Shown: positions 1 to 7,281 of the stretch, piece by piece | Layout of the letters: each line of letters starts with the position of its first letter | How positions within the stretch are numbered: the first letter of the stretch is position 1 | DNA from: Fibrobacteria bacterium | GTDB taxonomy: Bacteria > Fibrobacterota > Fibrobacteria > UBA11236 | Assembly: GCA_050486505.1 (NCBI GenBank) | Contig: JBJHDK010000033.1 | Span: 1-25,915 of the forward strand | Direction of reading: 5' to 3' | Length of the DNA stretch: 25,915 bases | Made by a program: the position numbers and the translations under genes | The notes under the pieces: model-generated | The model's input: only the letters and a program-made list of their open reading frames with translations | What the model was told of the DNA's origin: nothing | Database searches by the model: none

Positions 1-254
1 GCATTGGCTAGGGCCGGGCCACGGTCACCGCGGCCACCTTGCCCGTGGCACAGTGAGCAAGTGCGGAAGTAAGCCGCGCCCGAGTCGATCAGCACGGCAC
101 GGGGCGCATGCGCGGAGTCGCGCCATTCAGCGGCCACGGAAGGCTCCTCTCCGCGTGGCGAAGATGAGGAACAGGCCGCCCCGAGCAGTGCGGCGAGGGT
201 TGCGATCGCCGGCAAGGCGCGCATGAAAAACCGTGGACGCGGATGCATGGTCAT
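1..254 (-). CDS. Monoheme c-type cytochrome lipoprotein, N-terminal part only (runs off the left edge); paralog of 251..832
   Basis: Not in the ORF track. Manual translation from ATG at 254 (ATGA overlap with the upstream stop; in-frame alternative ATGs at 248 and 224): MTMHPRPRFFMRALPAIATLAALLGAAC...WRDSAHAPRAVLIDSGAAYFRTCSLCHGQGGRGDRGPALAN. Has a lipobox-like GAAC and CxxCH (CSLCH), and is closely similar to WADSAHAPRAVLLDSGAAYFQSCAGCHG of the neighbour. Confidence 0.9.
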   Translation of the reverse strand, partial: MTMHPRPRFFMRALPAIATLAALLGAACSSSSPRGEEPSVAAEWRDSAHAPRAVLIDSGAAYFRTCSLCHGQGGRGDRGPALAN

Positions 255-832
255 TCCAGAGTAGCAAGGCTTGCCCGCACGGCGGCGACTTCGGAAACGG
301 CGATCGAATCCACGGCGATTTCGCCGGCTGTGCGAGGCTCCTTTTCGCAAGAGGCGAAAATTCCCTCGTCGAGGTCTTGCGGGATGCAGGAGACGACCAG
401 GGAATCGTTGAGGACAGCACGGATGTAGGTGAGCACGGCGGCGATTTCGAAGTCGGTCATCATGTCGCCGAAGCCCGGCATGCCGTAGCCGGGCCAGGGT
501 TCGCCATTGACCCGAATCGAGTCGAAAACGCCTTCGAGAACCACGCGGATGGATCGCGCCCTGTCGGCCATCAAGTAGTCGGCGTTCGCGAGAGCCGGCC
601 CGCGCTCGCCTTCGCCGTGCGGGCCGTGGCAGCCGGCGCAGCTCTGGAAATACGCGGCTCCCGAATCGAGGAGCACGGCGCGGGGCGCGTGCGCCGAATC
701 CGCCCAGGACGGCGCAGCCGGGTGCTTTTCCGGACCGGATCCGGCGTCGAAGCAACCCGCGAGGAACAGGCCGGCCGCGAGGCCCGCCGCCGGCAACGAA
801 AACAATCGCGTTGTGAATGCGGAACCTTTCAT
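251..832 (-). CDS. Monoheme class I c-type cytochrome lipoprotein
   Basis: Lipobox LAGC, heme motif CAGCH, GPALAN, candidate axial Met in GMPGF, C-terminal helix DFEIAAVLTYIR; GGAGA-type RBS upstream. Confidence 0.9.
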   Translation of the reverse strand: MKGSAFTTRLFSLPAAGLAAGLFLAGCFDAGSGPEKHPAAPSWADSAHAPRAVLLDSGAAYFQSCAGCHGPHGEGERGPALANADYLMADRARSIRVVLEGVFDSIRVNGEPWPGYGMPGFGDMMTDFEIAAVLTYIRAVLNDSLVVSCIPQDLDEGIFASCEKEPRTAGEIAVDSIAVSEVAAVRASLATLE

Positions 833-1008
833 GCGTCTCCTCTCCCGGGTTTCCCCGGTGCCTTCCTGGGCGGTTCAATGGATAAAAAGGTCTGTTAATA
901 AAATAGACAAAATCATCCGTTTTAGGGTGCGGTTTCCCGCGAAAAACACGGTCCTGGGCTCTTCCGGGCCGGGAGCGGCCCCAATCTCCGGAAAAAAGCG
1001 GCTCGACC

Positions 1009-1016
1009 TATCTTTC
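1009..1016 (+). promoter_or_regulatory. TAnnTTT-type -10/-7 element (TATCTTTC) 5 nt before the hisN ATG
   Basis: The same motif and spacing recur before several SD-less genes in the window. Confidence 0.6.
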
Positions 1017-1021
1017 CCTGC

Positions 1022-1792
1022 ATGAACTACCGTGAAGAACTCGGTTTCGCCCTTTCCATGGCCGACACCAGCCGCACCCTGATCCTGAAGCATTTCGGTT
1101 CCGGCATGCAGGTCGAATGGAAGGGGGACAACACTCCCGTGACCCTCGCGGACCGTGCCGCCGAAGAGGCCCTGAGGGAGCGGATCGCGAAGGAAACCCC
1201 CGATTACGCCGTTTTGGGGGAGGAGTTCGGCGACACGCCGGGATCCTCGCGCCGCGAATGGGTGATCGACCCGATCGACGGCACCAAGGCCTTCATTCAC
1301 GGCGTTCCCCTGTTCGGTACCCTGATCGCGTTGCTGGAAGACGGCTTGCCCATTCTCGGAATCATCGACCTTCCCGCATTGGGGGAACGGGTCCATGCGA
1401 CGCTGGGAGGGGGATGTTTTCGCAACGGCTCACCGTGCCGGGTGTCCTCCGTGGAGCGCCTCGAGGAGGCGCTGATTCTGGACGGAAGCCCCGCCACCAT
1501 GGAGCGGATGGGATACGGAGGGGCATGGGGAAGACTGCGGGAGCGTGCAAGGCTTCACCGGGGGTGGGGAGATTGCTATGGGCACTTCCTGGTGGCGACC
1601 GGTTCCGCGGAAGTGATGGCCGACCCCGTGGTCGAACTGTGGGACATCGCGCCGTTGGCCGTGATCATCCCCGAGGCGGGAGGACGCTTTACCAGCTTCG
1701 CGGGAAACCACAGCATCCGCGAACGTTCCGCGATCTCATCGAACGGGAAATTTCACGATGAAATCGTGGAAGCGTTAGGAATTAAGAATTAA
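1022..1792 (+). CDS. hisN: Histidinol-phosphate phosphatase, inositol monophosphatase family
   Basis: Motifs K.D.TPVTLADRAAE, GEEFG, WVIDPIDGTKAF, WGDCYG, WDIA typical of the HisN clade of the IMPase family. Confidence 0.8.
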   Translation: MNYREELGFALSMADTSRTLILKHFGSGMQVEWKGDNTPVTLADRAAEEALRERIAKETPDYAVLGEEFGDTPGSSRREWVIDPIDGTKAFIHGVPLFGTLIALLEDGLPILGIIDLPALGERVHATLGGGCFRNGSPCRVSSVERLEEALILDGSPATMERMGYGGAWGRLRERARLHRGWGDCYGHFLVATGSAEVMADPVVELWDIAPLAVIIPEAGGRFTSFAGNHSIRERSAISSNGKFHDEIVEALGIKN

Positions 1793-1813
1793 GAATTACG
1801 AATTAAGAATTGA
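1779..1813 (+). repeat. Heptamer tandem repeat (GAATTAA)x5, left arm of an inverted pair
   Basis: gaattaa gaattaa gaattac gaattaa gaattga; supplies the hisN stop codon (TAA 1790-1792). Confidence 0.9.
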
Positions 1814-1942
1814 AGGCGGGGCGTAATGCATGTGAGACGTTCGTGCCCACCCAAAATGAATCGCCGAACTTTGCTGTTGACCGGCTCGTGCCGCGGCACC
1901 TTGCGCACAGGCGGCATATTACTGGACAACGCGTATTTCTCC

Positions 1943-1977
1943 CATTCTTAATTCTCAATTCTCAATTCTTAATTCTT
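1943..1977 (-). repeat. Heptamer tandem repeat (AATTCTT/C)x5, right arm, reverse complement of 1779..1813
   Basis: cattctt aattctc aattctc aattctt aattctt, 2 nt from the nnr stop codon. Confidence 0.9.
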
Positions 1978-1979
1978 CG

Positions 1980-3647
1980 TTAATCCTCATCATCATCCTG
2001 CGCCAGAATATCCTCGAGTTCCTTCGTCGCAAGCGGAAGGTAGAGGATCAGGTCAGACGCGGTCATCCCCGTCGTGCCTCGGTCGCGTCGCGCGTTTTCC
2101 CCTGAACGACCGTGCAGGAAGACACCGAGGGGCGCGGCTTCTTCGGGGGCAAGGCGCGCGAGAAGGGCGCCCAGGATTCCGGCGAGCACGTCTCCGCTCC
2201 CGGCGGTGGCCATCCCGGGATTTCCGCCCGCGCCGAGGACCACGCTGCCATCGGGGCGCACGCAGAGGGTCGTCGCCCCCTTGAGAACCAACGTGACGCC
2301 ACGGCGGCCTGCCCATGCGCGCGCGCCCTCGATCAGTTCCAGCGGGTCATCTTCGGGGATGGCGCCCCCCATGCGGCGATACTCGCCGGCGTGGGGGGTG
2401 AGCACGAACTGGCCGATTCCAGGGGCGGGGGCGGGAGCGACGGAGGCAGGGTCGGAGTCGGTGGCGAAGAGTGCAAGCGCGTCACCGTCGACCACCACCC
2501 GGCGACCGAGCAGATGGGGGAGGAGCTCGTGCATGAAGCGTAGCGTGTCGGGGTGTTTTCCCGTTCCGGGCCCCAGAACCACGGCGTCGGCCCATTCGAT
2601 CCAGGGCAGGATCGCCGTGAGATGCCCGGGTGCGAGATGTGTCGCATCATGGTCTCCGAGGGGCGTTCCGATGATTTCAAGGAGATGGGGTGCGAGGTCG
2701 CTCCGGATGCCTGCCGGAAAGGCGACGCGAACCATGCCTGCGCCACCGCGCAGGGCAGCGTTCGCGCAAAGCGCCGGTGCCCCGTGCATGCCGAGGCTTC
2801 CCGAGATGACCAGGACTTTCCCCGCGGTGTACTTGTTCGTTTTCCATGTCTTCAGTGGGATGTCATCGAGGGCATCGTCGGCCGTGTACATCGCGAGCCT
2901 CGATGGTTGCCCAAGCAGCAGGCTCTCGTCAAAGGCGATCGCGCTGTAACCGAGCTTTCCGAAGGCCAGTGCGGCGGGGTGGAACACTGCGGATGGCTTG
3001 AGCGCCCCCAGGCAGAGCGTCGAGTCGGCGCGTACGGCAGGCCCGGGAATCGTCCCCCGATCACACTCCACACCGGAGGGAACGTCGATGGACAGCACGG
3101 GGCGACCGCTGCGGTTGATCCCGTGGATGAGCGAGGCGATCAGTCCTTCGGGCGCTCCCCGCAACCCGTTTCCCAGAAGACCGTCCACGATCAGGTCGGT
3201 TTCTTCGAATACAGGCAAATCCACCGGCGTGCGGATGGCATGGATCGGCAATCCGGCCGCGAAAAGGCGCTCCCGCAAGGTACTCGTCTCGGGGCTGTAG
3301 GCATCCGAGTGCAACTGGAAGACCACCGCCCCGTAGCCAGCCTTCGCCGTCAACAGCGCGGCCGCCAGCGCGTCGGCGCCGTTGTGGCCCTTGCCGCAGA
3401 GAAAGGTCACGACGGGCGATGGGGGCATTTCATCGCGTTCCCCGGGAACTCCCTCGTCGTGTTGGGGCATCGGCGGGGGAAGAAAACCCTGGTCGAAGGG
3501 GTCGTCGCCGGTTTCGTGAACCATGGTTTTGACCGATTGGAAGATCGCCTCGCCGGCGCTCAGGATCAGGTCAAGCTCGGAGACTCCGCTTTCCATGGCG
3601 AGTCGTTCCACGTCCTTCATTTCGTTCAGCGGCAGGATCGGAATCAT
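1980..3647 (-). CDS. nnr: Bifunctional NAD(P)H-hydrate repair enzyme (NnrE epimerase + NnrD dehydratase, YjeF family)
   Basis: N-domain LCGKGHNGADA, DGLLGNG, SIDVPSG; C-domain NKYTAGKVLVISGS, VLGPG, VVDGDAL, LTPHAGEY, VLKG, GNPGMATAGSGDVLAG. Confidence 0.95.
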   Translation of the reverse strand: MIPILPLNEMKDVERLAMESGVSELDLILSAGEAIFQSVKTMVHETGDDPFDQGFLPPPMPQHDEGVPGERDEMPPSPVVTFLCGKGHNGADALAAALLTAKAGYGAVVFQLHSDAYSPETSTLRERLFAAGLPIHAIRTPVDLPVFEETDLIVDGLLGNGLRGAPEGLIASLIHGINRSGRPVLSIDVPSGVECDRGTIPGPAVRADSTLCLGALKPSAVFHPAALAFGKLGYSAIAFDESLLLGQPSRLAMYTADDALDDIPLKTWKTNKYTAGKVLVISGSLGMHGAPALCANAALRGGAGMVRVAFPAGIRSDLAPHLLEIIGTPLGDHDATHLAPGHLTAILPWIEWADAVVLGPGTGKHPDTLRFMHELLPHLLGRRVVVDGDALALFATDSDPASVAPAPAPGIGQFVLTPHAGEYRRMGGAIPEDDPLELIEGARAWAGRRGVTLVLKGATTLCVRPDGSVVLGAGGNPGMATAGSGDVLAGILGALLARLAPEEAAPLGVFLHGRSGENARRDRGTTGMTASDLILYLPLATKELEDILAQDDDED

Positions 3648-3652
3648 GGCGG

Positions 3653-3660
3653 GAAAGGTA
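3653..3660 (-). promoter_or_regulatory. TAnnTTT-type element (TACCTTTC) 5 nt before the nnr ATG
   Basis: Recurrent motif and spacing; lies just downstream of the terminator of the preceding gene. Confidence 0.6.
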
Positions 3661-3698
3661 GTTGGCGGCCGCGGAGCCCGCGCTTTCGCACGGCAACG

Positions 3699-3727
3699 AA
3701 AAAAGGAACGGCGAGCAGCCGTTCCTT
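3699..3727 (-). terminator. Rho-independent terminator of 3756..4034
   Basis: Stem GGAACGGC/GCCGTTCC with a 5-nt loop followed by T6 on the minus strand. Confidence 0.8.
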
Positions 3728-3755
3728 CGGGAACCGATGCCCTGCAGCGGCAGGG

Positions 3756-4034
3756 TCAGGAGCGTTCGATTTCGTTGACGAGCGTGTCGATTTCGTGACG
3801 CACGGCGTCACGCTCCTTCAACGCATGCTCATCCTGAAAGGCGTCATCGTCGCCGGCCACACCAGCCGCGTCCTCCCGTGAACGCTCGATGCGGGCGAGG
3901 AGCTTGCGATCCATGCGGAGGTTGATGTGGTGAAGCCGGGCCAACTGCAGTCTGAGCAACAGTTGGCCGACAGCCGCTCCCGCAAAGAAAACGGCAGCAA
4001 TCGAAATGAAAATGATGAAAGTTTCTTGCGTCAT
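3756..4034 (-). CDS. Small hypothetical protein, N-terminal TM helix plus charged helical tail
   Basis: Hydrophobic FIIFISIAAVFFAGAAVG; GGAAG upstream; followed by a terminator. Confidence 0.7.
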   Translation of the reverse strand: MTQETFIIFISIAAVFFAGAAVGQLLLRLQLARLHHINLRMDRKLLARIERSREDAAGVAGDDDAFQDEHALKERDAVRHEIDTLVNEIERS

Positions 4035-4231
4035 GTTCGCTTCCGGGTTTTAGCGCGGCGTGCCGCGTTAACGGGGGCAACCGAGAAACACGAGGTTAAT
4101 CTACGGCGGTTACGGTGTTCGCGCACGGCATTCCCGCACCAAATCGACGAAATCGCGAAAATGATGCACGAACGCACTGAAACAGCCTTATGACAATCCT
4201 GTTTCGTCGCGGTGACCGGGAAATTTCCGGT

Positions 4232-5056
4232 TTAGCGCAGTTTTTGCAGGCGCTCCCGCGAAAATTCGGCAGGAATCCCTTGTTGTTGGCGGAGAAGAAC
4301 GCCCTCATACGTCGCACGCGCGGAATCGGGGTTCGCCGCTTCGAGAATGGCTCCCAACCGGGCTGCCGCCCGCCGCCCCGGGACGGTGGAGGGCTCGCGC
4401 GCGAGTTCCCGGAGCAAGTCGCGCGAGGTTGCCGTGTCGCCCTCCTGTTCGTGGATGCGGGCGAGGTGCCAGAGGGCATAAGGCCGAAGCCGCGATTCCG
4501 CGGGGACCCGTTGCAGGGAGGCGGCTCGCAGGTGCCCGGGAAGGGGGCTTTCCGGGAGTCCCCTCAAATACTCCTGCAAGGCGGGCGGGTTCTCGAGCAG
4601 TGCCGCGAAGCGGTACTCCAGCGCGTCTTGCGCGCGAGGTTCGCCGGCATATGCACTGGCGAGAACGAACATCGAATCGGCTCGCGGGACGTTTCCCTGG
4701 TGAAGCGCGGACCATCCCTTCCAGAACAGGACCTCGCCCGTGCTGCCGGACCGTTCGGGGTGCATGTTCCATTCACGCAGGATGGCGTCGGTTCGCCTCC
4801 AGTCGCCCCGCGAGGCGGCCAGCCGTGCCTTCAGCAGGTGCAGGGAATGGGGGGACGCTGATGCGGGTGCGGCTGTGACAAGGGATTCCGCTGCGAAGAG
4901 GTCTCCCCGGTCGAAGGCGCGCTCCGCCATGACCACCCAGGCGTCCCCAACGTCGCTCGTGGTCCACGGCGTGTCGGCCCGGGCTGCCATGAACACGGCT
5001 GCGAGAAGTCCCGCAGAAACGGAAACGGCACTGCAATAAGCGGGGAAGATGCGCAT
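4232..5056 (-). CDS. Exported TPR-like alpha-helical repeat protein
   Basis: Signal-peptide-like N-terminus (..GLLAAVFMAARA); TPR/BamD-like helices (EVLFWKG, YALWHLARIHEQEGD..A...Y). Start moved to ATG 5056 to avoid overlap with pyk. Confidence 0.7.
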   Translation of the reverse strand: MRIFPAYCSAVSVSAGLLAAVFMAARADTPWTTSDVGDAWVVMAERAFDRGDLFAAESLVTAAPASASPHSLHLLKARLAASRGDWRRTDAILREWNMHPERSGSTGEVLFWKGWSALHQGNVPRADSMFVLASAYAGEPRAQDALEYRFAALLENPPALQEYLRGLPESPLPGHLRAASLQRVPAESRLRPYALWHLARIHEQEGDTATSRDLLRELAREPSTVPGRRAAARLGAILEAANPDSARATYEGVLLRQQQGIPAEFSRERLQKLR

Positions 5057-5127
5057 GGAGCCAGTGAATCTATGAATCCGGTTCCCTGCAAGCACCGATT
5101 TCCGGCGCTTGCAGTTAATTTTTGCGC

Positions 5128-6546
5128 ATGAGTTCACTCCATTTGCGCCGCTCGAAAATCCTGATCACCATGGGCCCTGCCCTTGAGAACCCCTCCAAGC
5201 TGGAGGCGGCCCTCAAGGCGGGAGCCGACGCCGTCCGCGTCAATTTCTCCCACGGCGATTCCGACCAGCATGTGCGTTATTTGACCCTGGCGCGCAATGC
5301 GGCCCGCAAGCTTGATCGCCCCCTGGCTGTTTTGGCCGATCTGATGGGCCCCAAGATCCGCGTCGATCGCAACACGTACGGCCTGGAACTCGGGGCCACC
5401 GTGACCTTGATCAAGGGTAAAGGCGTTCCCGACCGCCACCGCGTCGGTCTGACCCATACAGGCTGGTTCAAGAACGCGAAGGCCGGGCAACGCATCCTGC
5501 TCGACGACGGCAAGCTCGAGCTTGAGTTCCGCGGCATGACCGGCGGCGATGCGCGCGCGAAGGTCGTTCGCGGCGGCACACTCAAGCCCGGCAAGTCGCT
5601 CAACGTGCCCGGCGTCGATCTCGGACTTCCCGTTCCCACGTCCAAGGACCGCAAGGATCTGCAGGTCATCAAAAAGGCCGGCTTCGACTGGATCGCAGCC
5701 TCCTTCATCAGCAGCGCGGAAGACGTGCGCAAGTTGCGGGCGTACTGCGACAAGATCGGCCTCTCCATCCCCATCGTGTCGAAGATCGAGAACGCGGCCG
5801 CGGTCGAGCGCCTCGAAGAAATCGTGGAAGCCTCCGACGGTGTCATGGTCGCACGCGGCGATCTCGGCGTCGAGGTCGAGCTGGAGCGCATTCCGACCCT
5901 GCAGCGCAACGTCATCCATTCCGCGCGAGCGCAGGGAAAGGTCACCATCGTGGCCACGCAGATGCTCGAGACCATGATGGAAAACGCGCTGCCGACGCGC
6001 GCCGAGGTCACCGACGTTTCGACCGCCGCGCTGTCGCGGGTGGATTGCCTGATGCTCTCGGGCGAAACCGCCGCCGGCAAGTATCCGGTGGAGACCGTGG
6101 CGATGATGGATCGCATCATCACGACCGCGGAAAAAAACCTCGAAGAGGACATCGTGAGCGTTCCCCACGGCGAGCCGATGGCGCTGATGTGCGAGGCGGG
6201 ACTGTACCTCAGCCTGATCTCGGGCGCGAAGGCACTGGTCACTGTGAGCACGCGCGGATCGACGCCGCGTATCCTGGCCTCTTACCGCGGGAATATCCCC
6301 ATCGCGGCGGCTTGCACCCATGAGGGCCTGTACAATCGCGCGACCCTGTATTACTCCGTGAATCCGGTTCTCATCGAGCCGGTGCGCGAGACCCAGAAGG
6401 TCTTTCGCAAGATCGAGACGGAACTGAAGAGGAACGGAATCGTGCGCAACGGGGATTACATCATCTTCGTGTTCGGTCATCCGATCCACGGCAAGCACCG
6501 TACCAACACCATCCGCCGCTGGCAGGTTGGTGCGGGAGCGAGGTAG
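5128..6546 (+). CDS. pyk: Pyruvate kinase
   Basis: RVNFSHG, DLMGPKIR, SKIEN, MVARGDLGVE, ATQMLETM, PTRAEVTD, LMLSGETA motifs. Confidence 0.97.
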   Translation: MSSLHLRRSKILITMGPALENPSKLEAALKAGADAVRVNFSHGDSDQHVRYLTLARNAARKLDRPLAVLADLMGPKIRVDRNTYGLELGATVTLIKGKGVPDRHRVGLTHTGWFKNAKAGQRILLDDGKLELEFRGMTGGDARAKVVRGGTLKPGKSLNVPGVDLGLPVPTSKDRKDLQVIKKAGFDWIAASFISSAEDVRKLRAYCDKIGLSIPIVSKIENAAAVERLEEIVEASDGVMVARGDLGVEVELERIPTLQRNVIHSARAQGKVTIVATQMLETMMENALPTRAEVTDVSTAALSRVDCLMLSGETAAGKYPVETVAMMDRIITTAEKNLEEDIVSVPHGEPMALMCEAGLYLSLISGAKALVTVSTRGSTPRILASYRGNIPIAAACTHEGLYNRATLYYSVNPVLIEPVRETQKVFRKIETELKRNGIVRNGDYIIFVFGHPIHGKHRTNTIRRWQVGAGAR

Positions 6547-7251
6547 TCACAACTTCCAGTCGATCGGCTTGGCTCCGGCCTTTGCGAGCAAGCCGTTCGT
6601 CCGTGAGAAATGCCGGCATCCGAAGAAGCCCCTGTTCGCCGAGAACGGGGACGGGTGCGGCGCCTTGAGCACGTGATGCCGTGACGCGTCGATGAGGTGC
6701 TCCTGCGCCTGCGCGTGGCGCCCCCAAAGCAGAAAGACGAGACCCTCCCGTTCTTCCGAGAGCCGCCGCACCGCGGAGGCGGTGAACTCCTCCCAGCCCC
6801 TTCCCTGGTGCGACCCGGGAGAGCCCCCCCGCACCGTCAGGATCGTGTTGAGCAGAAACACTCCCTGATCGGCCCAGGCTTCCAGGTTGCCGTGATCCGG
6901 AATGCGGAAGCCGCCCAGGTCCTTGAGGTCGTCGTGCAACTCCTTGAACATGTTCTGCAGGCTGGGCGGCGGCCGCATGCCGCGCGGCACGGAGAAGCTC
7001 AGCCCGTGGGCCTGGCCGGGTCCGTGATATGGATCCTGGCCGAGGATGACGACCTTGACCTTGTCGAAGGGCGTGTGGTTGAACGCGTTGAAGATCAGGG
7101 GGCCCGGGGGATACACCGGGTTTCCGGCGCGCTTTTCCTCGAGGAGAAAGGCCTTGAGCGCGGCGAAGGATTCACCGTGGAAGGCGTCGTGGAGCGCGTC
7201 CTTCCAGGACGCGTCGATTTGCGGCTTGACTTCGGGAAGCGTTTCGGGCAT
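6547..7251 (-). CDS. ung: Uracil-DNA glycosylase, family 1
   Basis: GQDPYHG, GLSFSV, PPSLQN, GVFLLN, HPSPFS motifs. Confidence 0.98.
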   Translation of the reverse strand: MPETLPEVKPQIDASWKDALHDAFHGESFAALKAFLLEEKRAGNPVYPPGPLIFNAFNHTPFDKVKVVILGQDPYHGPGQAHGLSFSVPRGMRPPPSLQNMFKELHDDLKDLGGFRIPDHGNLEAWADQGVFLLNTILTVRGGSPGSHQGRGWEEFTASAVRRLSEEREGLVFLLWGRHAQAQEHLIDASRHHVLKAPHPSPFSANRGFFGCRHFSRTNGLLAKAGAKPIDWKL

Positions 7252-7281
7252 GCGCCGGGAAAATAGACACAGGACGGCGGG

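Noticed and set aside
1826..1951. 41-aa ORF between the inverted heptamer arrays (contains a Tat-like NRRTLL)
   Set aside because: No adequate hydrophobic region, weak codon bias, and a similar-length ORF exists on the opposite strand; no resemblance to four-helix-bundle proteins.
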